A stretch of DNA of 64,000 nt from Paragordius varius (Eukaryota > Animalia > Nematomorpha). Where the stretch lies: contig OZ176059.1 of NCBI GenBank assembly GCA_964247055.1, positions 1,984,001-2,048,000 on the forward strand, in the 5' to 3' direction. Shown here piece by piece: positions 14,939 through 27,100 of the stretch; positions within the stretch are counted from its first letter, which is position 1, and each line of letters begins with the position of its first letter. The notes under the pieces are model-generated. The model did no database searches and was not told the DNA's origin. It worked only from the letters and a program-made list of their open reading frames with translations. The translations under genes were made by a program, and so were the position numbers.

Positions 14939-17585
14939 GAACATTTGAATATTTTCATAATCTAATATAATAAAAAATCAAACTAATATTTTTTAATATA
15001 TTAAGCGCGGTTATATTTTTATTCTAATAAATTATTTCGAAAATTTGTATTGTTTAAAAAAATGGTAGTGCCTGTATATATTTCACATATGTTTAAAGAT
15101 AACCTGAAATATATAAGTATCAATTAAATTTTAAGGGAAAATTAATCGAAATAATTCCGAAAATATTATAAAATAAAATCCAACTAAAATCTTTCACCAA
15201 AAAACCATATGAAATAAAAAACATTGTTTTAACGACTATTACAGTCCTTTTTAAGAAAAAAACCGTTTAAAGTTGCATATTGATTTCCACTATGGGCTAA
15301 ACACAATAATTTTATCATTATATATATATATATACTATTCTATCTTTAATTAATTAAAGATAGAATAAAATTTATTTTTTAAAAAATATATTTCAAATTT
15401 ATTTTCTACAAATAAGATTAGTAATTTTGCACATATAATATAAATACCATTAACAATTTTACAGCATGGGGCGGAATTAATATTTTCCGTTTCTTGCATT
15501 TCATACAACTTATTGACTATGTGATCGGCCAAAGGGTCATTTGTTAGATCTGAAAATTCTTCCTTAGATATAATACCATACCTAAAAGTGTTTAAAATGT
15601 AGATTTTATTTACAGGTACTTGGAATTGGTATAGAAAAAATATCAATTTAAAAGGCCTGAGGTATGAATTTCATTGTTGAACAAACAACTAGAAAAATAA
15701 AGATTATTCTAAATTAGCCATTTTTAACAAGTTTGTAACTTGAAAGTCACCTATATTTATTCACCTTCACTTATATGTATGGTGGTACATAAAAAATAAT
15801 ATATTATCTAATCTTGTATTTAATTGCAAAATTTGAAATTTTTATTTCTAAAGTTATATATCATAAATCTTTGATTAATAAGAATGAAATATTAATTTCA
15901 TTTGTTCATATAATGGGGTAAGCGTAATAAATGCAATTAGTTTAGTAATCCAAAATAAAAAATTATTATAAAAAATTATAGATAATTTTTTAAATTTTGA
16001 CATTGACCAGAAAGCCAAGTAGTTTGATTAAAACTCGTCTGCTATAATCAGTTTCAAATATTCACATTAAATTATATAAGTAATTTAATATGTTTAATTA
16101 ATTACAAAAAATTTGGTAATTTGCAAGGCTTAAACAATTTAGCAGTATCGACAGATAAATTATTCCAGAATCGAGCTTGATCGTTAACATTCCATCCATA
16201 TTTCTTTTTCTATATTTTAAAAATGTAAAAGTTTAAAACAAACAATATTAATATTTAATAAAAATCATATTAAAAGGAAAAATATGAAACCTTTAACTAA
16301 TTTATTTATGGAATGATAAATAATCAAAAAAATTATCAAAAAATTTCAAATCCATATACCAATTTCATAGCTGTATCGGATAGAGCTAATTTTATTAGTA
16401 TTTCATTTCTTCTAGTTTTAGCACATTTAACTATGGAATCCAAAATTCTGTTGCAAAATTTTGCGCCACCTATAAATTGGTCCATGGTTTCAACTAATGA
16501 TATTGATTGATAAATAAAATTATATTTTATGGTTTAATAAAATATTACAGTTTAGAGTCTCTTTTTTCCTTTTTTATTAAAGGGTAAGGACTTAAATTGT
16601 ATCCGGACATGTGAAGGCTTTAACACTCGCCTGCCCAGGGCTGACAGTGATGATGGAAAAAATGCGTAGTTAAAAATAATAATTTATATGTTTATATATT
16701 TTAGAAAATAAAATTACCACCAACATGATTTTTTTTCTGTATACAGTAAAAATTAAAATTATACGGACAAAACGTATAAATATAAAGACAGAATTTTTTC
16801 TCAAAAAACAACCATACTTTTTCAAACCTTGATTTATCCTATAAAAATTAATTACAATCGTAAAATATGTAATTGATTGTGTTACCAATATACATCTCTT
16901 ATCTATTATACTTTGGAGTTTAAAACAATGTATAAAATTTAAAAAAATTAAAAAAAGAACGGTTGTCTATAAGAAAAAAAGCATTTATCTATATTTTTAC
17001 GTTATGTCCGTATAACTTCAAAACTTATTGTAATTTACAATCCAATCAAAATAAAGATTTGATTCGAAATTAATAATTAATGAAATCATTATCAATTATC
17101 TATTAATTAATTTTTATTCATATGGTTGCTTTTTGATATTTTACCAAATCAAATAAACTAATTAAATAATAAAAAATGTTTTTTTAATTCTATATGAAAA
17201 CGAAATTGAATATGGGCGGTTATTATAAATCCAAACCGATAACTTTATATAAAATTTAAAACTAAAATGTTTTGACGGAAATTAATATATTTAGGAGTAA
17301 ATAAATTTACAATCTCCCAAAAAATATTCAGGAAAAAAATATATAAACTAGACAAAAACAAACATAAATTAATTAATAATAAATACAACTATAAATTAAT
17401 CAATTAATAAGTAAGTAATCTTAAATAATACATTGGCCAATTAAGTGGTTAATTTGATCGAGATGTAAATTAACTTGCTCATCTAAATTTTTATCAGAAT
17501 CTAAATAAATATTAACAATAATTTTTTTAAAACTTATGTTAATGGGGTCATTTAATAACTTTTCAAGCGTTGTTTGAGTTTGCAT
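8357..17585 (-). CDS. NSE4: Nse4/EID-family kleisin subunit of the SMC5/6 complex, divergent, about 690-700 aa
   Basis: Exons 17585-17432, 16493-16360 (alternative acceptor 16469), 16209-16106, 15581-15448, 14786-14666, 13037-12934, 12021-11725, 9408-8357 sum to 2100 nt with matching phases. Motifs: [26 protein letters not shown] (Nse4 FW...F....FLLGSI-like); [35 protein letters not shown] (cf. human [33 protein letters not shown], from memory); C-terminal [19 protein letters not shown] (cf. LSYRDWEEIVKTFEISEPVI). The two 5'-most exons are less certain. Confidence 0.75.
10354..10656. mobile_element. MITE family A copy
   Basis: ACCATTTACAGTTCGAATTCACCC...TTGTAAATGGTATA. Confidence 0.85.
10656..10783. 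mobile_element. Palindromic MITE family C (ACTATAG ends)
   Basis: About 45-bp inverted arms: ACTATGGTAGGGCAATTTGCAACACAACAGTAGTGTATGGAAAAAA and TTTTTTCCATACGCCACTGTTGTGTTGCAAATTGCCCTCTACTATAGT. A second copy is at 48032-48187. Confidence 0.8.
10963..11333. mobile_element. MITE family A copy
   Basis: The right arm carries about 7 copies of the 21-mer and ends TGTAAATGGTATA. It produces the spurious ORFs 11173-11367 and 11177-11398. Confidence 0.9.
12462..12753. mobile_element. MITE family B (TA-flanked, CAGTAAAAA ends, Tc1/mariner-pogo-like)
   Basis: Long TIRs TA-CAGTAAAAACTGAAATTATGCGGACAAAATGTAAAAATATAAAGACAAATA...TATTTGTCTTTATATTTTTACGTTTTGTCCGTATAATTTCAAATTTTTACTG-TA. Degenerate or partial copies at about 607-884, 4700-4760, 9440-9730, 12070-12325, 24518-24728, 31025-31265, 33481-33712. 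Confidence 0.88.
13070..13297. mobile_element. MITE family A copy
   Basis: TATACCATTTACAGTTCAAATTAACCC...GAATTGCAAATG. Confidence 0.85.
14010..14305. mobile_element. MITE family B copy
   Basis: ATACGGACAAAATG...TTGTCCGTAGTATAACAATTTTTACTGTA. Confidence 0.8.
14308..14641. mobile_element. MITE family A copy (directly adjacent to a family B copy)
   Basis: TATACCATTTACAGCTCAAATTCACCC...GAACTGTAAATGGTATA. Confidence 0.9.
16742..17032. mobile_element. MITE family B copy
   Basis: TACAGTAAAAATTAAAATTATACGGACAAAACG...TGTCCGTATAACTTCA. Confidence 0.85.
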
Positions 17586-17661
17586 TCGTATTTGCCGGCA
17601 AGGGGAGGAGAGAACGCTAAAATTTCAGTCATTCACTTCTCCATATTTGTTTTATATCGAC
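17586..17661. promoter_or_regulatory. 76-bp inter-ATG spacer of the divergent Nse4/CK2-beta pair (bidirectional promoter or overlapping 5' UTRs)
   Basis: ATG on the minus strand at 17585 and on the plus strand at 17662, with a purine-rich GGCAAGGGGAGGAGAG block between them. Confidence 0.55.
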
Positions 17662-20600
17662 ATGAGCAGTTCTGAAGAAGTTTCCTGGATAACTTGGTAT
17701 TGTGGTTTGCGTGGAAATAATTTTTTTTGTGAAGTAAAAAATCAAAAAAATATTTACATATAGATTGATGAAGAATATATAGAAGATCGATTTAATTTAA
17801 CTGGCTTAAGTGATATCGTTCCGCATTACAGACCAGCTTTGGATATGATATTAGACCTTGAACCTGGTGATAATTATATTGCTTTTGACATTTAAATATT
17901 ACGTTGTTTAGTAGTAAAAATTGAATGTTTTGTATAGCTATATTAATTTAGAAACTATTTCTCAAATATTGTATTGAATATTAAAAATTGATAGCTTTAA
18001 AACTATTAAAACCTAGATTTTGATCGCTCTAATACCATAAAATATTCTAGTTTCAGAAATATTTTAATATAAAATTGACATTTATATATTTTTTATATAT
18101 GTCATATCTTGTAAAAAGTCATAAAATACTTTTTATATTATAACTTAATTTTAAATTTATCTCAATTACTATCAAACCACCACTTATTTGAATTAAAGTT
18201 TAAATTTTAAATTGTTATCTTATATTCAAACAGAAGAAGAAATGGATAGTATGATGCACGATGCCGTGGAAGAGGCGGCCTCAATGCTTTATGGGTTAAT
18301 TCACGCCCGATATATCTTAACTAATCGTGGTCTTGCGCAAATGGTTTACTGTTTCCTCTTTTTTTTAAATAAAATAACTTAAAATCTAAAAAATATATTT
18401 TTTGAAAGCATTTTTTTAAAAGCACACACTGTCTGATATCCTATAAATTAATCACAAATCAAGATTTTTTGTTGCATTTTAGACCAACGTTTTTTTTATT
18501 AAAATTCAGCTTTAATACCCTCAAATATTTTATATAAACTTTAAATTTTGTGTTAAGATAACAAAAATATTTTATATACTGGTTTTGAATATATAATGTT
18601 TTTTGGATATTAAAAAACTTTGGAAACTATTTTTTGTTTTTCAAAAATTATTAAAAAATGTATGTATTTTTATTTTATATTTCTATAGCTGGATAAATGG
18701 AGAGAAGGGGATTTTGGCTACTGCCCACGTTATTATTGTGATTCTCAACATGTTTTACCCATTGGTATATAATTTTATAAATTTATGCTATTTTTTTGAA
18801 ATTAAAAAAAAATCTTTTTTTTCATCTCTAAATACTGTAAAAATAGTCAAGGGGGTGACACATTCGTGAAACGTAACTAAAGATATGTATATAAATTTTT
18901 ATTTTTTAAAAAAGTAAAGGAATCAAATATAGGATTATGTATTATTATATATTTTTTACCATATTAGCAACATTTTTTCATTCAATATGCCTTGTTCGTA
19001 TTTAAAGAGAAAACTACCTAGATTATTTTTTGAATAGTCACAATTAATGCGAGATATAGGTAGTATATTCAATAATTATAATACGAAAGTATTACTTAGT
19101 TTTTAAACATTTTATAAATGGTGATTAAAACCATTACATATTTTATTGTTTAAAATAAAAATAATTTTTATTGAAAAAAGTGTTGTTTTTTAAATAAATT
19201 AAAATGCTTTTTTGAATGAAATATACATATATATATATACATATATATATATGTATATGTAATGATTATAGGTTTGTTAGATGTCCCCGGGGCATCCAAA
19301 GTTAAATTGTATTGCCCCAAATGTGATGATATATTTTTGCCACGTTCCTCCAAATACCAAAATATAGATGGGGCTTATTTTGGAACCGGTTTTCCACACA
19401 TGCTTTTCATGGTACATCCCAAGTATCGGCCTGTTCGACCCACGGAACATTTTGTCCCAAGGTTTATTTTTACATTTATTTTTATTTAAGCTCAGTAATT
19501 TGGCTTGAAAAGTACATTTTTTTGATTGCGATAGACGGAAATAATTGGCGAATTTTATTGGATTTTATGTTAAATATATTTATATTGGTCAACTTTTAAA
19601 GATTTACGCATTTATTTTTATACACGCTCAGCAATTTGGCTTAAAAGTCTTTTTTAGCGGTTGCAAAAAGGAGAGAAAACAATTGTTTAAAATTGTGTGA
19701 GTTTATGTAATTATGTGTGAAATTTCATTGGATTTTTTGTGTGAAATTGTAAAATTTCATTGGATTTTTTGGGGTAAATCTTCATGTTGACCAATTTTTT
19801 TAAGGTATTACGTTTATTACATTTACATTTTCTATAAAGTCAACAATTTGGCATAAAAAGTCTCTTTTTAACTGCGAAGATATGAAATTAGTTAATTGTT
19901 AGGTTATGTAATGTTCAAGTGTAAAATTTTATTGAATATTTTGGTTAATTTATATTATTCATTAACTTGGATGTTTACATACCGACCAGTTTTTTGATTT
20001 ATTTTATATTTACAATAATTAAAATGGGTCTTTTATTTAATTGCTGGACGCAGTAAAAATTGGTTAGTATATATACTTTTGAAAAAAAAGTGTAATTTAT
20101 ACAGTCATATATCCTTTATTTTATCAAAAATTTATTTTCTTTCGTTAAATTGGCGGGTATAAATATTTGGTAAAGAATGGAAAAAACAAGAGCTCTATGG
20201 TATTAGCAATATCATATTCATCAAAAAAGTACAAGAATTGCCATAGCGCTCTTGTCCATTCTTTACCAAATATTTATACCCATTTAGCGGAAAATATAAA
20301 TTTTTGATAAAATAAAGGATGCATGGCTGTAATTTATTTGGTTTTTTATTCAAAAAAAACATTATTTTAAAAAATATTATACAATGATGATTTGTAAAAA
20401 TTAAGCATACGAAAGAAAATTGTAAACTTTTAGTTATTATTTTCAAACATACTACACATTGAGCTCGTATAAATATGTCGGACACCATCTAGTATGCTTT
20501 ATTCAACAATATATTTATGTGAAGTATTACTTTTGAAAAAAAATCACAGTGAATATAAATAATTTTAAAGAACTTTAGACCAAAAAAAACTACCAATTAT

Positions 20601-21027
20601 TCGGAATAAATTTTTGAAACTATAATATAAAATTCCAATTATGGGCTGTGGGCTACCTTTATGTTTGATCTTTAATAACCATTGTTTCACTTTTAATTAC
20701 AATTCTTTAAAACACCAAGCCTAATTATTTGAAATTGATTCATATATATATTATAGATTGTTTGGATTTAAAATTCACTCATCGGCTTATGAATTGCAAT
20801 ATCAAGCCGCAACTAATTACAAATCACCCATTGATAATACGAATAATACTAACAATTCAACCAACGCAACAAACAATAATGTTGTTAATATTGTTAATAA
20901 TCATTCAAATACCCTAGGAACTGGTGGTGGTATTTATAACAATAATAATGGCGTTTCCAACAATATTAACCCAAACAACAATAATAATATGGTTAATGAA
21001 GGCCCAATTCGACGCTCTATTCAATGA
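17662..21027 (+). CDS. CSNK2B: Casein kinase II regulatory subunit beta
   Basis: Exons 17662-17733, 17764-17866, 18234-18343, 18689-18764, 19272-19461, 20757-21027. Sequence includes [24 protein letters not shown]|[30 protein letters not shown], the zinc ribbon CPRYYC...[22 protein letters not shown] and RLFGFKIH, followed by an Asn-rich C-terminal extension. Confidence 0.98.
19491..20050. repeat. Degenerate tandem repeat (3-4 units of about 135-210 bp) in CK2-beta intron 5
   Basis: The (C/G)TCA(G/A)(T/C)AATTTGGC(T/A)T...AAAAGT motif recurs at about 19491, 19627 and 19840. Confidence 0.6.
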
Positions 21028-22000
21028 AAAAAAAATTTACTTTTTTTTAAGTTTTATTCTATACTTTTTTTTGTTTTTTAACTACAGCACAGTTTAATGT
21101 ATGGTTTAAAATTAAATATCCAAAATTAATGATATATAGCGGGAAAAAATGTTTAATTGAATTGGCCTGTGTAGTTTTTTATCATACGCTATACTGTATT
21201 AATTATACTTTTCAATTTTCATGGGGGGTAAATTTTAGTTTACAGTGTGCATTTTTACGATAAAACGCTGGAGAGATAGGAAATGTTTTAGCTTTTTTGA
21301 TGTTGCCTCCCCCTATTTTATGGAAACGTTTTTTTTTGAATTTATAAAATAATAATGTTTATTTTAGTCAAAATCCTTAGAGTTTTATAAAGTTTTTTTC
21401 CCTGCATTTTATGTGTTATATTATTTTTATCCAATTGTTGGTTATGTTACCTGGTTTATATATATATATATATGCATACTTTTTTGTTTTGCACCATTTA
21501 TTGTACTATTTTTAATGAATTATAATTATATCTCACCTATATATGTATAGGTTCAACAAATAATAAATTTAATGTTGTTTTTTTTGATTTTATATATGTT
21601 ACGCCAAAATAATAATGACTGTTAAATACATAAGTTTGAGATTTCCATATTTTTGTTTTATTACTTTTATAGATAAAAATAATTTTAAATTTGCAGTTAT
21701 TTATTTTTTTGTTATAAAGATAATAATTTAAAACAAGGCAATTCTAGTCATTTAGATCTTTTTGGACACATAACTATCACATTGGTTGGCGCAGATTTCC
21801 GAGTTTATTTGTACGTTTTGAATTTTTAAGAGTAATAAATCAAATAAACTGTTTTTAGTTGATTTGATTTAAATATCATAAATGAAAATTTATAAGCTTT
21901 TTTCATAATCCCACCTAAAAAGTAGGCTACATAGCTTATATAGTATAATCATTAAATAGGGGGTTTATTGTATATTTTTATCTGCACATGATTCCTTACA

Positions 22001-22260
22001 TATACTATTTACAGATACACCTTTGAATTCGAATTTACCCTGAAATAAATTACATGTTTTTTAAGATTTAAAATTACCTATATTTCTATATATTTATAAA
22101 AAATAAAATTTTATTTTAAATTCAAATAATACTGAAAAAATAATTAGCTATGCCATAGAGATATATTTAATATTAATAATGAGTTTTATTAGTTTGAAAA
22201 CACATAATTTAATTTTAGGGTCAATTTGAATTCGAGGGTGAATTTGAACTGTAAATATAT
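22001..22260. mobile_element. MITE family A copy
   Basis: TATACTATTTACAG...GGGTGAATTTGAACTGTAAATAT with the shared core. Confidence 0.8.
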
Positions 22261-22631
22261 ATATATGTCATCATGAGGTGTCTAAATTTTAACAGTTAAT
22301 CTTTATTCCCTGTTGACGATTATTTCAATATACCCTCGTATTTTTTATAGATATATTGATGATAAATATTTAATATGGGAGTATTCTTAAAAAGAATTAA
22401 ATAATTTTATTGTTAAGAAGCTGTTTAACTATTCCTAAAAACTATAAACCTTTTCACTCTAACATTTACTTAAATCAATATACTATCATCTTACAATACA
22501 AAAAAAGTTGTATTACGATGAAAGTATTGGTTAAAGTTATACGATATATTCGGCGAAAACAAAAGGGGAGAAAAATCATTTGACTGCTAAAAAGGGTTAC
22601 TACGGACAAAATTGGTAAAGTTTGAAACAAA

Positions 22632-22923
22632 TACAGTAAAACCTGAAATTCGGACAAAACGTAAAATATAAAGACAAATATTTTTATCTAAAAGATAACA
22701 ATACTTTTTTAAACCTTTATTCCCATATAAGCTATTTGGTTACAATTATAAGACATATATTTGATTGTGTCAGTAATGTATTTTATCTCTTTTTCATACT
22801 TTGCCATTTAAAACAATGAGTAATTTTTTAAAAAAATGAAAAAGAAAAAGTGTGATTGTCTTTTAGAAAATGTTTGTCTTTATATTTTTACGTTTTGTCA
22901 GCATAATTGCAGTTTTTACTGTA
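22632..22923. mobile_element. MITE family B copy flanked by about 90-100-bp direct repeats
   Basis: TACAGTAAAACCTGAAATTCGGACAAAACG...AGTTTTTACTGTA. Confidence 0.88.
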
Positions 22924-23140
22924 TAAGTTAAAGTTATACGATATATTCGGCAAAAAAAGGGGGAAAACCATTTGACTACTATAAAAATACGGACAAAATT
23001 AGTAGATAACAAATATGTGGGCTTTATTCACTTCAAATATCAAGAAGTTTTGTAAATTAAAAACAAAAAACAAACGCTTTTAAAACTGTTTATAAAACTG
23101 CATGGTCGTGTGGAGAATATCAAATTGGACAAAGGTAGAC

Positions 23141-23182
<42 letters not shown>

Positions 23183-24133
23183 GTATGAATTAATATGAAA
23201 CTTGTTTAATTAAAGGACATTTACGACTAACGTAGAAATCAACTTTACAAATTAAACTCCAGTTTATAGGATGTGAACGATATACACATATACTATCATT
23301 AACATAAATTTTTAGGTATTAAAATCCACCAAAAAATTGTTATAATAAAGATTATGATTTAAAACCGATTCTAAAATGGAATTGGTGCGATGTTTTGTGT
23401 TTTTAATTTTTAATACCTTAATTTTTAGATGGATTATTATAAGACAGGATATATATTATATTTCAGATGATATTTTTTATGTTAAATATAATGAATCAAT
23501 ATTTTCATTTTCTCTGAAGACATATATAAAGATTGTATTGGGATTTATAACGATAAATTTATAAACTCGATGAAATATTTTTTGTTTTTATAAATACCTA
23601 TTATTTTCATTTCAAATGCTTAAATTTGTTCGTGTTATATATAAGTTAAATTTGTTAAATTGAAAAAATAAAGCCACTTTGTGGTAAATTATTTTGATCA
23701 AAAACAATTCTTCAAAAAGTTAGAAAACATTAAAATACAATTTATAAACTATGTGACTACCAAAATAAATGCATAATTTTTTATCAGAATGAATTGTTTA
23801 AAGGCGAATTTTATATGTTTTAGAGTACATTTAGAATATTTAAGCCTGAATTTTGGGGGTAAATTTGAAGTGCTGTCAATGGTATATCCTCAAATTAATT
23901 GCAACATATAGGAAAAAATGAATTCTAAAGAAAAATTTTCATTAATCTTCGCCCCTGCCCTTAAACTAAGATTATAACTGCATATGTACACTTATGATTG
24001 TTGCTAAATAAAAATGTTTTTGTAAATACGAAATATTTTATGTTTTTATTTAATCTATAAATTCAATATGAAATACACTACAAATAAATAAATAAATTAT
24101 ATTCAAATCAATTTCTATACACATTTTTAGGGA

Positions 24134-27100
24134 TCAATGTTTAAGAAACCCGTTGATTGGATTACTATTTTTCGCTAGTATACAGTGACAAAATGGTCTA
24201 AGCTTAGGTGTTTGTTCAACACAATACCCCTGGGAACCAAATTTATCTATCCGTTGAAGTTGAGTTACGTTACCACCCGTGCTAAAATCAATCAAGCTTT
24301 GCATGATAGCCCCAAAAGGTCTCGTTTCTATAATGGACCACACCTGCAAATCGTGTAAATCCGCTGTATACCACCAAGGAAGGACATTTTCCGTAGGTGA
24401 AATGGCCATAGTAACAGGCTCCAAATTTTCGTACAACACATCTGCTTTTGTGCAAAAAGGCTTACAATTAAAATCTGAAATTATGTGGACTCAATGTAAA
24501 AATGAATGAACAAATATTTTTACAGACAACCATACTTTTTCAAATGCAATTTTTTTTTCAAATATAACTCATATTGTTAAAGACATGTAAATTGTTGTAA
24601 ACTCAATTATATTATTTAAAATGGTAATCAAATAGTTTATGTAGAAAAAAATCAAGGTTTACAGAAGTAGGACTGACTTTATATTTATATTATTACGTTT
24701 TGTCCGTATAATTTAAATTTTTACTGTATATTATGAGGCAATGGTTGGTTGATTTGTAAAAAATTTGTAACTTAAAGAGATGGTTAAATTTAGGTTTAAA
24801 GTTAATGTTATTAAAATTTGTTAAAGTAAATCGTTAGTACTGAAGCGAGACATTATCATTCAACAAGGAATCATAAGTTGCGCACCATTTTTGTTTCTTT
24901 ACGCTTTTTAAAATTATTACTTAAGTGGTTAATAGTATAGGATAGGCATAATAGCGCATTTCAAATTTTACTTGCATAATATTAAAGATTTATATCTTAT
25001 GTAAAAATTTATCATAACAAACATTGCTTTTTTGGGTGTAGAATTATCCTTTTATTACAAAAAATATTTACTAAATATGAATCCATTGTGATACATTCAC
25101 ACTTTTAAATCATATTAAACCAGCCTCATAACACTCGTGTAAAATCATTATTAACTTTAAAAAAATAAAAAAACCTTTTCTTTCATGATTATTGTTGTAA
25201 GTTTGCCACCTCGCTTCAGCCGAGAAGGAAGCCGGATGATTGTGTGATGAAACCACGTAATCTGGTACAAAACTCAAAGTTTTTTCGTTTAGGTGGATAA
25301 ATTTATTTGAGGGACGGACAAATAGCTCTAAAGTTTGATGATACCACATAGTGGTATTACATACATGTTCATGACCGACCAATAAGGCCTTAATGTATTT
25401 GACCGTTTTTTGTCCAGCAATTTTACTCAAATTACCAATTTTTTCCGTTAACACATTTATGGTGTTTGCATTGTATAGGAAGAGAGGTGTGATATCGGTC
25501 GATTTACTTTCCGTAGCCAAGTGTTGCCAACTACTCAAGCAATAATATATGGGTATTCGTTGATTTGCACACGTTCGATTCGCTAAAGTCAACTGTGTTG
25601 ACATCAAACTTTGGCCCCCCTGAGTTTCGAGGATGGACTCTGCAAATATTTAAAATGTATCACTTACAGATATATTATTAGGATATTAGATTTATTCTTA
25701 AAATTCTAAATATTTAAACACCTACAGACATATTATTAGGATATTAGATCTATTTTAAAAATTGAAAGTAAAGATCAGCCAATTTATTTTGCCCCAACTA
25801 TTTTTATTACGTGACATATTTTTTACGCCCTTTTTGTTGTTCGAAAATAGTTATGGCTTTACACAGACGATTTTTATAATCACCCATTTGATATAATAGG
25901 TTAAGCTTTTCCCTTTCTAAATTTTTTTCTAAAACGTGAGCATTTTTTCGCAAAATATTCGAAATTTTCCGATAAATTAGTTAGTGTGTAGAATAATAAT
26001 TGGAAAATATTTTTTATATTAATCCGGCTCTGTTTTCATACGAAAGATATTTGAGTGCTTAAATAATATTACAGTAAAAACTGAAATCATATACGGACAA
26101 AACGTAATATAGTATTTTTTTCCAAAAGACAACCATACATTTTTAAACCTTAATTTTTCTCATATAAATTATATAATTACAATTTTAAAATACATAACTA
26201 CATAGATATCAATTCTATAATATGCAATATGAAACAATGAGTTATGATTAAAAAAAATTAAGTTTAAAAAAGTATGGTGGTTATCTTTTAGAAAAAAATA
26301 TTTGTCTTTATATTTTTACGTTTTGTCCCAATAATTTCAATTTGTACTATATATATATATACATATATAAAGCTCATAGGAACAGATAAAAATATTAATG
26401 TAGAACCAACCGTTAACATAGTTATCAAATTTGTAATCCAAACTCATATTGAGTGCATCAATTATGGTGGCATGAATATCCAAAGCAGTTACCAATTGTC
26501 CACTGTTCTCCTGCAAATTTTGTAAACGATCCAAATGCTCCTGACCAAACCAATTGGGTACAGAAACCACGAGAAATGGATTAAAGTCTTCAACCATACC
26601 TATTGTGCAATTTGACTTGAAATAAATTGTAATATTATACAACGCATTAACTTAAAATAATTTACCTTGTATTTTATAAAATTGTTTATATCTCACAAAA
26701 GTTTTTCCTGAAACATAAAAATTATTATAAGTAATGAATGATGAAAAAAACCATTAAAATTAAGAACTAGAAAAAAATCAATTATGGCTTTTTTTAACAT
26801 TATAAAAACACACATATGGATTATTTGGAAAACTGGATTGGTATATAATTAATTTGTTATTTTACTAATGCATAGTTTCGCTAAAGCGACAGTATTAAAC
26901 CGTTGTTTTTATTGAGAAATACATTCTATTTTCTGATTGCGAGTTTTTATTGGATAAATTTTGTCATCGGGGTTTACAGTATATATATTACAAGTTATGA
27001 GAATAGTGACGATTCTCATGCTTTTTAGTAGATGATATACCATTTCCCAGTCTATTGACTGGGAAAACGTTTTGATTGACTGGGAAAACGTTTCGATTGA

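Noticed and set aside
15582-15657. Alternative longer Nse4 exon starting at the CAG near 15657
   Set aside because: It is phase-compatible, but the acceptor at 15582 gives FLYGII, matching the Nse4 FLLG motif, whereas the longer version inserts intron-like hydrophobic sequence.
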